In this document: positions 37,168 to 46,891 of the stretch, piece after piece
Position numbering within the stretch: the first letter of the stretch is position 1
Layout: every line of letters begins with the position of its first letter
Source: Nannocystis bainbridge
Lineage (GTDB): Bacteria; Myxococcota_A; Polyangia; Nannocystales; Nannocystaceae
Direction: 5' to 3'
NCBI RefSeq assembly: GCF_028368995.1
Contig: NZ_JAQNDL010000003.1
Coordinates: forward strand, 2,432,001 to 2,496,000
DNA length: 64,000 bases
The notes under the pieces: generated by a model
The model's database searches: none
What the model saw: the letters and a program-made list of their open reading frames with translations, nothing else
What the model was told of the DNA's origin: nothing
Translations under genes and position numbers: made by a program

Positions 37168-38532
37168 CTGAAGCCAGCTCCGGTTCTGCTCGCCGCGCTG
37201 CTCGCCGCCGGCTGCTTCGCCGACCTCGGCCCTGGCGAGCCGCAGCAGCAGACCGCTGGCCCCGACACCTCGACCACCGGCCCCGTCGAAGCCACCACTG
37301 GCCCCGCGGCGGTGTGCGGCGACGGCCTCGTGCAGCCGGGCGAGCAGTGCGACGCCGGCCCGCTCAACGGCGACTGGGCCATCTGCAAGACCGACTGCAC
37401 CGTCGCCGCCTGCGGCGACGGCCTGCGCGGCCCGACCGAGGCCTGTGACGGCGGCGACGACTGCCTGGACGACTGCACCCTGGTGCGCTGCGGCGACGGC
37501 CTCGTCAACCAGGCCAGCGAGCAGTGCGACGACGGCAACCGCGACGACAGCGACGCCTGCGCCAGCACCTGCCTCCCGGTCGGCTGCGGTGACGGCCTGC
37601 TGCAGGACGGCGAGGTCTGCGACCACGGCCCGCACAACGCCGACACCGCCGCCTGCACTTCCACCTGCACCCTCGCCGCCTGCGGCGACGGCTTCGTCGG
37701 CCCCGGCGAGGCCTGCGAGCCGAGCGACGCCGACCCTGCCTGCGGCCTCACCTGCGCCCTCGTCAGCTGCCTCGCCAACGACGAACCCGAGCGCGGCGAG
37801 CAGTGCCAGGTCGCCGACGACGGCTGCACCGAGCGCTGCCTGTTCGACGTCTGCGGCGACAACTTCGACGTCCTCGCCGAGCAGTGCGACGACGGCAACC
37901 TCGTCGGCGGCGACGGCTGCACCTCCGACTGCCAGCTCGAACTCTGCGGCGACGGCGTCCTCGTCGCCGCCGAGGCCTGCGACGACGGCAACCTCGACGC
38001 GGGCGACGGCTGCTCTGCCACCTGCGAGCGCGACGCCTCCTTCGTGTTCGTCACCGAGGGCACCTTCTCCGGCGCCCTCGGCAACGCCGACGCCGCCGAC
38101 GCCGCCTGCCAGGCCGAGGCCGACGCCGCCGCCCTGCCCGGCACCTACCGCGCCTGGCTCACCTTCCCCGGCGACCCTCCGGCCGCCAGCTTCGAGCGCT
38201 ACCCCCTCCCCTACCTCCTGCCCGGCTCCCTCGCCCCCGTCGCCAGCAGCTGGCTCACCCTCGTCGACGGCGACCTCGATCACCCCATCGACCGCACCGC
38301 CGCCGGCCTCGAGCTCCCCGGCGACCTCGCGTGCAGCGACCCCGCCAACCTCGCCTGGACGCACACCCGCGCCACCGGCAGCCCCTTCCCCGGCAACCCC
38401 TGCAGCGGCTGGCTGCTCGACAACGGCACCGCCGTCGCCGGCCTCGTCCACGCCACGGGCCTCGGCTGGACCGAGGGCTGCCCCGACATCGCCTGCGCGC
38501 AGCAGCTCCACCTCTACTGCATCCAGCAGTAG
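37162..38532 (+). CDS. second DUF4215 Cys-rich repeat lipoprotein with the same C-terminal domain
   Basis: LAAGC lipobox; CGDG repeats; VFVT...ADAAC...YRAWL...AWT...LYCIQQ. Confidence 0.85.
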   Translation: MSLKPAPVLLAALLAAGCFADLGPGEPQQQTAGPDTSTTGPVEATTGPAAVCGDGLVQPGEQCDAGPLNGDWAICKTDCTVAACGDGLRGPTEACDGGDDCLDDCTLVRCGDGLVNQASEQCDDGNRDDSDACASTCLPVGCGDGLLQDGEVCDHGPHNADTAACTSTCTLAACGDGFVGPGEACEPSDADPACGLTCALVSCLANDEPERGEQCQVADDGCTERCLFDVCGDNFDVLAEQCDDGNLVGGDGCTSDCQLELCGDGVLVAAEACDDGNLDAGDGCSATCERDASFVFVTEGTFSGALGNADAADAACQAEADAAALPGTYRAWLTFPGDPPAASFERYPLPYLLPGSLAPVASSWLTLVDGDLDHPIDRTAAGLELPGDLACSDPANLAWTHTRATGSPFPGNPCSGWLLDNGTAVAGLVHATGLGWTEGCPDIACAQQLHLYCIQQ

Positions 38533-38556
38533 GATCCACCACCGCGCTCGCGGGCC

Positions 38557-40056
38557 TCAACGCGGCGGCGAATCACCCGCCGGCAGCAAGCGCTGCAGCT
38601 TGCGACGCGCCTCCGCGTCATCCGGCTCGAGCGCCAGGTACGCCCGATAGCTGGCGATCGCCCGCTGCGAATTACCCGACCGGCGGTACGCATCGGCGAG
38701 CCCCAGGTGCACGAAGCTCGCCTGCGGGAACGCGGCCGCGGCCAGCCGGCACGTCACGATCGCCGCCGCGACCTCGCCCTCGAACAGCAGCCGCACCACC
38801 GCCTGCTCGAACATCCCTTCGCGCAGCGTCACCTCCGCCGGCTTCTCGGCCATCACCGCTGCGCCTGCCGCATACCCGCGAGCCGCGCCTGCTTCGATCA
38901 CCCGGCTCGTGAACTCGAAGCTCGCGCGTTCGCTCGTCGGGCCGAGCAGCTCGCGCTTGATGAAGCTCTGCACGTCCCAGAAATTTTCCACGTCCCCGTT
39001 GGTCAAGATCACCACCGTGTAGCCGAGCTCGGGCAAGATCAGCAGCTCGTCGGCGATCCCGACATGTCCCCCGCCGTGGCCGACGATCCGCCGGCCGTTC
39101 GTGAACTCCTCGACGAAGCCATAGCCGTAATTGCGCTTGCCGTAGGCGACCTTGCCGGTCGTCAGCGTCGCCGTCGCCGCGGCCCCGAGCAGCCGGTGAT
39201 TCGTCAGCGCGGTCGCAAATCGCACAAGATCGTCGGCGCTCGCGTAGCTGCCGCCGGCCGGGCTCCCCTTCACGGTATTGACATAGTGATTGTTGAGCCA
39301 CTGGCCCGGTGCCTCGCTCGCTCGCGTGTAGCCGATCGCAAGGTTCGGGATCGCCTGGTCGAGCTCGTCGAACCCTGCCCCGCGCATCCCTGCCGGGGCG
39401 AACACCTGCTGCGTCACGTGGTCGAAGTAGCGCTGGCCCGTCACCGCCTCGATCACCAGCCCGAGCACCATGTAGCCCGAATTGCTGTAAGCGAAGCCTG
39501 TCCCGGGCGGGAACGCCAGCGGCGCGTCGACGAACAGCGGCAGATAGTCCGCCACCTCTTTGAACCGCTCCTTCGCCGCCTTGCCGTGCGCCTCCCAGAA
39601 GTTCCCGAGCCCGCTGGTGTGGGTGAGGAGCTGGTGAATCGTCACCTCCTCGCGCACCGCTCGATTCGGGTACGTCGGAAGGTGCTTTCCGACCCTATCG
39701 TCGAGCGCGATCTGGCCTGACTCGACCAGTCGCAAGATCGCCACCCCCGTGAACATCTTGCCCATCGACGCCAGGTTGAAGCGCGTGTCCACCCGATTCG
39801 GCACCTGGTTGGCCAGGTCGGCGAACCCGTAGGCGCCACTGAAGATCGGCGCGCCATCCTGCGCGATCACCACCACCCCGCTGAGCTGACGGTCGCGCGC
39901 GAGCCTCTCCAGGTGCTGCGCGACCGCCCGCACCAGCGCCGGCTCCTGGGGCGAGCCTGGCGCGTCCGTCGTGGCCTTCCGGGCCGCCGGCGACGCGCAG
40001 GAAGCCCCCACCACCAGGCTGCCGAGGACCAGGAACCTGCGCGCGCGCTTGCTCAT
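38557..40056 (-). CDS. serine hydrolase (beta-lactamase/AmpC family) with C-terminal TPR
   Basis: FNLASMGK (SxxK), LLTHTSGL, YSNSGY, GHGG; TPR-like tail. Confidence 0.9.
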   Translation of the reverse strand: MSKRARRFLVLGSLVVGASCASPAARKATTDAPGSPQEPALVRAVAQHLERLARDRQLSGVVVIAQDGAPIFSGAYGFADLANQVPNRVDTRFNLASMGKMFTGVAILRLVESGQIALDDRVGKHLPTYPNRAVREEVTIHQLLTHTSGLGNFWEAHGKAAKERFKEVADYLPLFVDAPLAFPPGTGFAYSNSGYMVLGLVIEAVTGQRYFDHVTQQVFAPAGMRGAGFDELDQAIPNLAIGYTRASEAPGQWLNNHYVNTVKGSPAGGSYASADDLVRFATALTNHRLLGAAATATLTTGKVAYGKRNYGYGFVEEFTNGRRIVGHGGGHVGIADELLILPELGYTVVILTNGDVENFWDVQSFIKRELLGPTSERASFEFTSRVIEAGAARGYAAGAAVMAEKPAEVTLREGMFEQAVVRLLFEGEVAAAIVTCRLAAAAFPQASFVHLGLADAYRRSGNSQRAIASYRAYLALEPDDAEARRKLQRLLPAGDSPPR

Positions 40057-40087
40057 GAGGCTTCATCCATCCGGGCCTCCGTGGTAT

Positions 40088-40107
40088 ATGCGTAGGCACC
40101 TACGCAT
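40088..40107. promoter_or_regulatory. putative MarR operator
   Basis: ATGCGTAGG-ca-CCTACGCAT perfect inverted repeat in the 49-bp divergent gap, overlapping the marR ATG. Confidence 0.7.
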
Positions 40108-40624
40108 GTCAACCACCCGCACCCCATCGGGCCCCCAGGACTTCACGCGCGAGGGCGGCAGCACCATGATCGGCGCCCGCCTGCGCCGCCTGTCCGAGCG
40201 CATCGACGGCGACGCCGGCCGGATCTACGCCGAGAGCGGCATCGCCTTCGAGCAGCGCTGGATGGCGCCGATGCGCCTGCTTTCGCTGCACGGCCCGCTG
40301 TCGGTCCGAGAGATCGCCGCGGCGCTCGGGATCAGCCACGCCTCGGTCAGCCAGGCCCGGCTGTCCCTGCACAAGGCGCGGCTGATCTCATGGACCACCG
40401 ATCCCACCGACGCGCGCAGCCGCAAGCTCCACCTCACCGCCAGCGGCCGGCGGATGGTCGAGCGGCTCGCCCCGATCTGGAGCGCCCTGATGGCCGCCGC
40501 GATCGAGCTCGACGCCGAGGCCGAGGGCACCGTCGCCGCGCTGGAGCGCCTCGATCGCGCCCTGCAGCGCAGCTCGCTCTACGACCGCGCCAGCGCCCAC
40601 CTGCGCCGTCAAACCCGGGCATGA
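40106..40624 (+). CDS. MarR family transcriptional regulator
   Basis: IGARLRRLSERI, LSVREIAAALGISHASVSQ, DPTDARSRKLHLTASG. Confidence 0.9.
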   Translation: MSTTRTPSGPQDFTREGGSTMIGARLRRLSERIDGDAGRIYAESGIAFEQRWMAPMRLLSLHGPLSVREIAAALGISHASVSQARLSLHKARLISWTTDPTDARSRKLHLTASGRRMVERLAPIWSALMAAAIELDAEAEGTVAALERLDRALQRSSLYDRASAHLRRQTRA

Positions 40625-40946
40625 GCCCTCGCTCCGCCCGCGGTCGAATCCGCCGACCCCGCCCGCTTCCATCCCGCAAGCCTGCGCCGCCGTGCGTGAC
40701 GGCGCCTCCGCGCCCCGCCGCTTCTGCGGCCCAGCGTGACTGTCACCTCCCGCCCGCTGACCCTCGACATCTTCCTCCATACTCATGCGGATGAATCTCC
40801 CGGGGACGAGCATGCGGGCAAGCACCCCTCGCCTCCCAAGGGCACCACCCGCCGCTCTCCTCCTCCACGACCTCCGCATCACCTCGCTCGACGCTCCATC
40901 CCGCTCTTCCCGTGCATCCGCGGTGAGAACCGCTCGAGCGTCGCCC

Positions 40947-42221
40947 TCACGAAGGCGCGCCGAAGCGGATCACCAGGGAATTGGACGACCAATCCTCGAT
41001 GGGGACGATCTCGATCAGGTCTGGCAGCCCATCGCCGTTGAAGTCGCCCGACCCGCGAAGCTCGCCCGCGGGCACGGCAATCGCTGGGCCGAGGCCATCG
41101 GCCGTCCCCAGGTGCCAGCGGTCGTAGAGCATGACGTCGTCCAGGCCATCGCCATCGAGATCGTCAACCACCGGCGTTGCCTCGAATTCATAACCAAAAT
41201 GGAACGGCTGCGTGCCCTTGAAGCCGCCGCCGCCGTCTCCCAGATATACCGCGCCAGGGACGATGAGGTCGCGGTGGCCATCGCCGTCGAAGTCACCGTT
41301 CCCACTCAGGCTCCGATTGCTGAACCCATGCAGAATGTCATAGGCGCGAACCTCTCCGAAATATCCATCGCCTCCGCCGAACATGATTTGCCCGCCATAA
41401 CGCACTTCGCCAAGATCTTCCGCACGAAAACCCAGGTTGAGATCCGCAAGCCCGTCTTCGTCGAAGTCAAAAACCTCGAAGTACTTGATCAGGATGTCCT
41501 CTTCAAAATCCGCACTCTCGTAGGGCAACACCTGAAGCGACTGTGGCGGCCCGAGCATCCCTCCGCTCGAGCCGAAGTGGACGACGGCTCGTCGCGGGAA
41601 GCTCATCGCCGGGTAGACGAGATCCAACGCACCGTCGCCATCGACGTCACCCGTTCGTAGGGCAGTGACGCCCATGGCGAAGTCTACACGCTGACGGAAG
41701 TCCAGCCCGGAGTCCGTCCCGGCGAATACGACCAGAGAGCTCGGCTCACCGTGGAAGGCCCCGACCACATCGGCGCGGCCGTCTCTGTCAAGATCGACGA
41801 CGGTCGCCAGGAGAACCCCGTCATTCACGTCCACGTCGACATAATCGACGAGCGCGATCGTCGGCAGCGCACGCGGCGTGCCGCACTTGCTGCCGAGAAA
41901 TAGGTTGATCCGCGGCGGGGTATGATTGAAGGCCACGGCATCGCTCACACCATCCCCGTCGATGTCGCCGACCGCGAGCCAATTCACAGGATCGGCGATC
42001 TCGGCCTGCCAGGCGTCTCCATAACACAGCTCGATGTCCGGCCCCTCGGCGCACCAGGCGATCGCAATCTCCGACGCGCACTCGCCGACCGTCGTGGCCG
42101 AGCCCGCATCTCCGCTCGATCCGCTCGATCCAGCGGTGCCGTCCCCGGTCGAATCCGCCGGGCCTTCCGCGACGCAGGCCACGATGGCGAGGGGAGCGAA
42201 CAGGCCGGCGCGACGGAGCAC
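40947..42221 (-). CDS. FG-GAP/VCBS repeat lipoprotein
   Basis: IVAC lipobox; multiple GDxDGDGxxD repeats; more A/T-ending codons than neighbours. Confidence 0.85.
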   Translation of the reverse strand: MLRRAGLFAPLAIVACVAEGPADSTGDGTAGSSGSSGDAGSATTVGECASEIAIAWCAEGPDIELCYGDAWQAEIADPVNWLAVGDIDGDGVSDAVAFNHTPPRINLFLGSKCGTPRALPTIALVDYVDVDVNDGVLLATVVDLDRDGRADVVGAFHGEPSSLVVFAGTDSGLDFRQRVDFAMGVTALRTGDVDGDGALDLVYPAMSFPRRAVVHFGSSGGMLGPPQSLQVLPYESADFEEDILIKYFEVFDFDEDGLADLNLGFRAEDLGEVRYGGQIMFGGGDGYFGEVRAYDILHGFSNRSLSGNGDFDGDGHRDLIVPGAVYLGDGGGGFKGTQPFHFGYEFEATPVVDDLDGDGLDDVMLYDRWHLGTADGLGPAIAVPAGELRGSGDFNGDGLPDLIEIVPIEDWSSNSLVIRFGAPS

Positions 42222-42227
42222 CGCATG

Positions 42228-42255
42228 AGTATACTGGACCAGGAAACCTCGTCAA
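42228..42255 (-). promoter_or_regulatory. putative sigma70 promoter (leaderless) for FG-GAP gene
   Basis: TTGACG-N16-TATACT, 6 nt before the GTG start. Confidence 0.6.
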
Positions 42256-42373
42256 AGGTGGTCGAGGATCGTGCTCAGGTCGGTCAAAATCTGGTGATTC
42301 TTGCTTCGGTCCCGGCTGAGTGCGCCCGCGAAGCAGATCCCGTCCGCTCGGAGTACCATGAACGGGCCGGCGG

Positions 42374-42749
42374 TCATTCACGCGAGACGAGGTCCACGCT
42401 GACCGCCGCCGTGAATGTCGCGTTCTGGGTCGTCTGGCTGGCAGAGAGGACGACCTTGATGAACGGGGAGAACCCTGGGAGCAGTCGTCGATCCCGACCT
42501 GAACCCCGCGGCGGTACCGCTCACCGTCGAGGACGTGAATTCGGTGCTGGGATCATCTGCTGTCGGCGCCGTGTTCCGCACGAAGATGTTGATAGCCTGC
42601 CCTGTACCGGTGGTGTGCCCCGTGTGGAGACGTGCGATCGGGACGCCCGACGTATAAGGCGGAACATTCAGTACGCGTGCGAGCACCGTCTCGACGGCGG
42701 TGGGTTTCAAGCGATAGCTCGCCCTATGGCTGTCCCGCGACAGGCACAT
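42374..42749 (-). pseudogene. frameshifted remnant of a small beta-rich protein
   Basis: Frame 1 ETVLARVLNV...INIFVRNTAPTADDPSTEF continues in another frame as GFSPFIKVVLSASQ...AAVSVDLVSRE*. Confidence 0.45.
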
Positions 42750-42987
42750 GGACGCGCCCCGACACTTACGCAGAACGCTGGCGAGAACAGACGGCCTCGC
42801 CCCGCATATAGCCCGATGCGTACGCGCCCAGGAGCGGCACGCGTCGCTTGAAGGGCTCATCTCGTCGCACCGAACGGCATACCGCCAGATGCTCACGAAC
42901 GCCGGACGACTCGAGAGCGAGGTCCCCCCAGCGCCCGAACGGGCAGCGCGCAGGCGACGCCCGCGAGTGAAGCGGTCGGGGAGTGGA

Positions 42988-43512
42988 TCAGTGCCCCAGC
43001 CCATCGGGGATCACGATGACCTCGTAGTCGAGGTCGTTCGCCTTCTCGAAGATGGCTGACAGCTCGCGGGCCAAGTGTTCCGTGTCGAGCTCGGATGGTT
43101 CGGCCGTCACCATCAGACAAGGGTATCCCACCTGGTGCCCTGGATGACAGCACATGGCGAACCCATGACCATTGACGCCTTTCACTGTGTTCAAACGATC
43201 TCGCTGCTGGGCGTCCATGCGATCGATCAACCCTGTACCGGTCGGTCGAGACCCCGTGGCGCGATGTTCCCAGATCTCCGTACCGATCGCGCCGCCTCGA
43301 CGGCGCTGGTAGACGCCGGCGACGCCGTGAGGCTCGGTGCGTTCGGGTACGAGCGGGCAGACAGAAATTTTCGGGCTCGGCGTGTCCGCCGTGCCGCTCT
43401 CGGCTGACGGCGGTCTCGCCGCAGGACCGTCGGCCGCGGGCTCCCGGGGCGGCGGCTCACCCCGGCAGGCGAGCGTGAGGGCGAAGACGGCGGCGCAGAT
43501 TCTCCTGAGCAT
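42988..43512 (-). CDS. hypothetical lipoprotein
   Basis: MLRRICAAVFALTLAC lipobox. Confidence 0.6.
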   Translation of the reverse strand: MLRRICAAVFALTLACRGEPPPREPAADGPAARPPSAESGTADTPSPKISVCPLVPERTEPHGVAGVYQRRRGGAIGTEIWEHRATGSRPTGTGLIDRMDAQQRDRLNTVKGVNGHGFAMCCHPGHQVGYPCLMVTAEPSELDTEHLARELSAIFEKANDLDYEVIVIPDGLGH

Positions 43513-43560
43513 TCGGCCTGCTTTCGGGGAACAAGGTTCAGGCGACAAAGGCCTCGATGC

Positions 43561-43850
43561 TCAATCTTCCATCACGTTCTCGATCGTGCAAGCCCAGGTC
43601 AGGTTGTTCGTGCCGATGATGAGTCCCACGGGACGTTTGCTCAGCGACACCAGCAGCGAGCCAGAGTCGCCGGGTAAGGCGAAGGGCCCCAGATTGCCCG
43701 TGGGACTTATCACATAGCACGGCTTGAACCGGTAACCGCTGCCGTTCAAGGAGAAGTCCTTGCTCTCATTCACCCCGACGATGACACCCTGACGCACGCC
43801 CGAAGTGCCGCCGCTGATCTTCAAGCCCGCGTTGAGGGCCAGCGTCGCCA
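43561..43850 (-). pseudogene. C-terminal fragment of a trypsin-like serine protease
   Basis: GGTSGVRQGVI...PFALPGDSGSLLV...PVGLIIG; lacks the N-terminal His/Asp half. Confidence 0.55.
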
Positions 43851-43869
43851 GAGTTGGATTCAGCGCGCC

Positions 43870-44023
43870 ACGACGGCGACCAGGGCGCCGATTACCTCAT
43901 GCCGCAATTCGAGCCGATGTGGGTCGGCTGGTGGCTCTACCAGGGCAACCCGACCCCGCGCAATACGACGTGTGGATCGACGAGGTCGCCATCGACGGCA
44001 CCCGCATCGGCCGCATCCTCTGA
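43870..44023 (+). pseudogene. frameshifted C-terminal fragment of a beta-sandwich (Cip1/polysaccharide lyase-like) protein
   Basis: PQFEPMWVGWWLYQGNP in one frame, then AQYDVWIDEVAIDGTRIG in the next. Confidence 0.5.
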
Positions 44024-44482
44024 GTCGATGATTCACTGTGTCAGACATCACCACAGCTCCCATGTCTCTCCTTTCATGGCACCGCGCGCTCGTGAAGCAC
44101 CAATCACCATACTCGGCTCCAGTCGCTGTTCGCGGCCGCGACGTCTCGTTCCTCGCGGTCGCCCCGACCATCCGGCCCCGTGCAGGCGTCTGCGCGACAG
44201 AACATGCCTTGCGATCCGCCTTGCGCGCCGGACGCGAGCGGGTCGGAGCCGGACGGCAGTCAGCAGCTTGCGCGGGGCGTATCGCACCGTCGCCGTACAT
44301 CCCCCCGCGAATCTGCCGACGCGTGCGCGCGCGTCTGCGCGCATCGTCGATTAATCCGGCGCATGTCTCCATCGTCATTGTGAGGTGGCAATCGTTCGAC
44401 TCGGCGCTCGCATCGCACCTGCCCGTTCATGGCGCGCGAAAGCGGCGCTTGCAGCCTTGCGCCGATCCGGTACCCTCGCTCG

Positions 44483-45610
44483 ATGTCTAGCATGCAATCT
44501 CGCGGGGGCGTCTCGACGCTCCTGGTGGCGATGACCTTGACCGTCGCGTGTGGCGACCCGGAGGTCCAGGGGACCGGCACCGACACCGGCACGGGTACCC
44601 TGGGCACGGTCGGCACCGACGGCACCGACGGCACCGTCGGCCCGACCGACGGCACCGCCTCCGGCACGGTCACCGACGGCACCGACGGCGGCACGGACAG
44701 CGGCTCCGACTCGACCCCGACGACCACCCAGCCCGTCACCTCCACCACCGACTCGACGGCCAGCGAGACCTCGGACACCGTCACGACGACCCCGGTGACC
44801 TCGACCACCGAGGACACCATCGGCGAGACCACGGTCGACGAGACGACCACGACGACCGACGGCGAGACCACCGACACCACGACCGACGGCACCACGACGA
44901 CCGACGGCGAGACCACCGACACCACGACCACCGGCGAGCCGCCGCTCGAATGTGGCAACCTCCAGGTCAAGTACCGCGACTTCAAGCCGCTGCACACCGA
45001 CTTCGGCTGTCACATGAGCGGCAACATGGCCCGCCCGGGCCTCGTGCAGCAGATGCTGGGCGGCGACCAGACCCCCGTCTACAACCCCAACCCGCCGCCC
45101 CCGCCCCCGAACTACACCGGCACCAACCCGCAGATCACCTCTGCCGCCTCCTACGACGACTGGTACCACACCAAGGCCGACATCAACTTCGAGGTCGCGG
45201 GCGAGCTCGAGTTGACCGAGATCATGCCGGGCATCTGGAGCTTCCAGAGCAACTCGTTCTACCCGCTGACCGGCCAGGGCTTCGGTAACAACGTCACGCC
45301 GAACTGGGCGAACCAGACCTTCCCCGACCGCAACGGCTCGTTCACCACCGAGATCCACACCAACTTCATCTACGAGGCCGGTCAGACCTTCAGCTTCAGC
45401 GGTGACGACGACGTGTGGGTCTTCATCGACGGCAAGCTGGCGATGGACCTCGGCGGCCTCCACGGCCCCGTCAACGGCACCATCAACCTCGACACCCTCG
45501 GCCTCGTCGCCTTCCAGAGCTACACGCTCGACGTGTTCCACGCCGAGCGCTGCGACAGCGGCAGCAACTTCCGCATCGATACCTCGATCAATTGCTTCAT
45601 CCCGATGTGA
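44483..45610 (+). CDS. fibro-slime domain lipoprotein 1
   Basis: TVAC lipobox, Thr-rich stalk, [41 protein letters not shown]. Confidence 0.9.
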   Translation: MSSMQSRGGVSTLLVAMTLTVACGDPEVQGTGTDTGTGTLGTVGTDGTDGTVGPTDGTASGTVTDGTDGGTDSGSDSTPTTTQPVTSTTDSTASETSDTVTTTPVTSTTEDTIGETTVDETTTTTDGETTDTTTDGTTTTDGETTDTTTTGEPPLECGNLQVKYRDFKPLHTDFGCHMSGNMARPGLVQQMLGGDQTPVYNPNPPPPPPNYTGTNPQITSAASYDDWYHTKADINFEVAGELELTEIMPGIWSFQSNSFYPLTGQGFGNNVTPNWANQTFPDRNGSFTTEIHTNFIYEAGQTFSFSGDDDVWVFIDGKLAMDLGGLHGPVNGTINLDTLGLVAFQSYTLDVFHAERCDSGSNFRIDTSINCFIPM

Positions 45611-45778
45611 CCGTTCGCCCTCCGGCGAATGGCCACACCCCGCGGCCGCTCACGCCTCGTCGTGAGCGGCCGCATGCTTTTCCTGCGAACAATCGCCGCA
45701 GCTACGGCCCCGCCCGATTCGCGCCTCCGGCCGCCGCGGCGCTTTGCAGCCGCGAGCCCGATCCGCTACCTTCACGGG

Positions 45779-46861
45779 ATGTCTAGCATTCCTTCTCGCG
45801 GCTCGCTCCTGATGGTGATGAGCTTCTCGGTCGCGTGCGGCACCCCGGTCACCCAGGGCACCGGCACCGACTCCGACTCCGACACTGGCACCGGCTCGAC
45901 CGCCTCCACCGACGGCACCGCCACCACCGTCGACCAGCCCACGGCCGGCACCGCCTCTGACGGCACCGACAGCGGCACCGCGAGCGGCACCGAGTCGACG
46001 TCGACCAGCACCACCGCGCCGACCAGCACCACCGATCCGTCCGGCACCAGCACGAGCACCACCGACTCCACGACGATGCCGGTGACCTCGACGACCGAGG
46101 GCGAGACCACCACCCAGGGCGAGACCACCACCACCGACACGACCGCCGGCGAGACCACCGATACGACGACCACCAGCACCACCGGCGAGCCGCCGCTCGA
46201 GTGCGGCAACCTGCAGGTCGTCTACCGCGACCTGAAGCCGATGCACGTCGATTTCGGCTGTCACATGTGGGGCAACGGCGCCCGGCCGAACCTCGTCATG
46301 CCGACGCTCGGCGGCGACAACAAGCCGACCTACAACCCGCAGTCGGGCCCGAACCCGCCGGGGTACGGCGGCTCGAGCCCGCAGATCACCTCGGGCTCCT
46401 CCTTCAGCGACTGGTACAACACCAAGGACGGCACCAACGTGGAGATCGCCGGTGAGCTGGAGCTGACGGAGATCCAGCCCGGCATCTGGAGCTTCGAGAG
46501 CGACTCGTTCTTCCCGCTCACGGATCAGGGCTTCGGCAACAACATCACGCCGAACTGGGCGGGCGAGCTCTACCCCGACCGCAACGGCTCGTTCACCACC
46601 GAGATCCACACCAACTTCGTCTACGAGGCCGGTCAGACCTTCAGCTTCAGCGGCGACGACGACGTGTGGGTCTTCATCGACGGCAAGCTGGCGATGGACC
46701 TCGGCGGCCTCCACCCGCCCGTCAACGGCACCATCAACCTCGACACCCTCGGCCTCACCGTCAACGAGACCTACTCGCTCGACGCGTTCCACGCCGAGCG
46801 CTGCGAGGCCGGCAGCAACTTCCGCATCGACACCTCGATCAATTGCTTCATCCCGATGTGA
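45779..46861 (+). CDS. fibro-slime domain lipoprotein 2 (tandem paralog)
   Basis: Same architecture and motifs as 44483-45610. Confidence 0.9.
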   Translation: MSSIPSRGSLLMVMSFSVACGTPVTQGTGTDSDSDTGTGSTASTDGTATTVDQPTAGTASDGTDSGTASGTESTSTSTTAPTSTTDPSGTSTSTTDSTTMPVTSTTEGETTTQGETTTTDTTAGETTDTTTTSTTGEPPLECGNLQVVYRDLKPMHVDFGCHMWGNGARPNLVMPTLGGDNKPTYNPQSGPNPPGYGGSSPQITSGSSFSDWYNTKDGTNVEIAGELELTEIQPGIWSFESDSFFPLTDQGFGNNITPNWAGELYPDRNGSFTTEIHTNFVYEAGQTFSFSGDDDVWVFIDGKLAMDLGGLHPPVNGTINLDTLGLTVNETYSLDAFHAERCEAGSNFRIDTSINCFIPM

Positions 46862-46891
46862 TGCGCCCGCGAATCACCGCACCGCGGCCGC

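Noticed and set aside
36560-38532. Lectin-like C-terminal domains as diversity-generating retroelement targets
   Set aside because: No reverse transcriptase and no template repeat differing only at adenines in the window.
40630-40940. Purine/pyrimidine-skewed gap as a gene or ncRNA
   Set aside because: No convincing ORF, structure or repeat.
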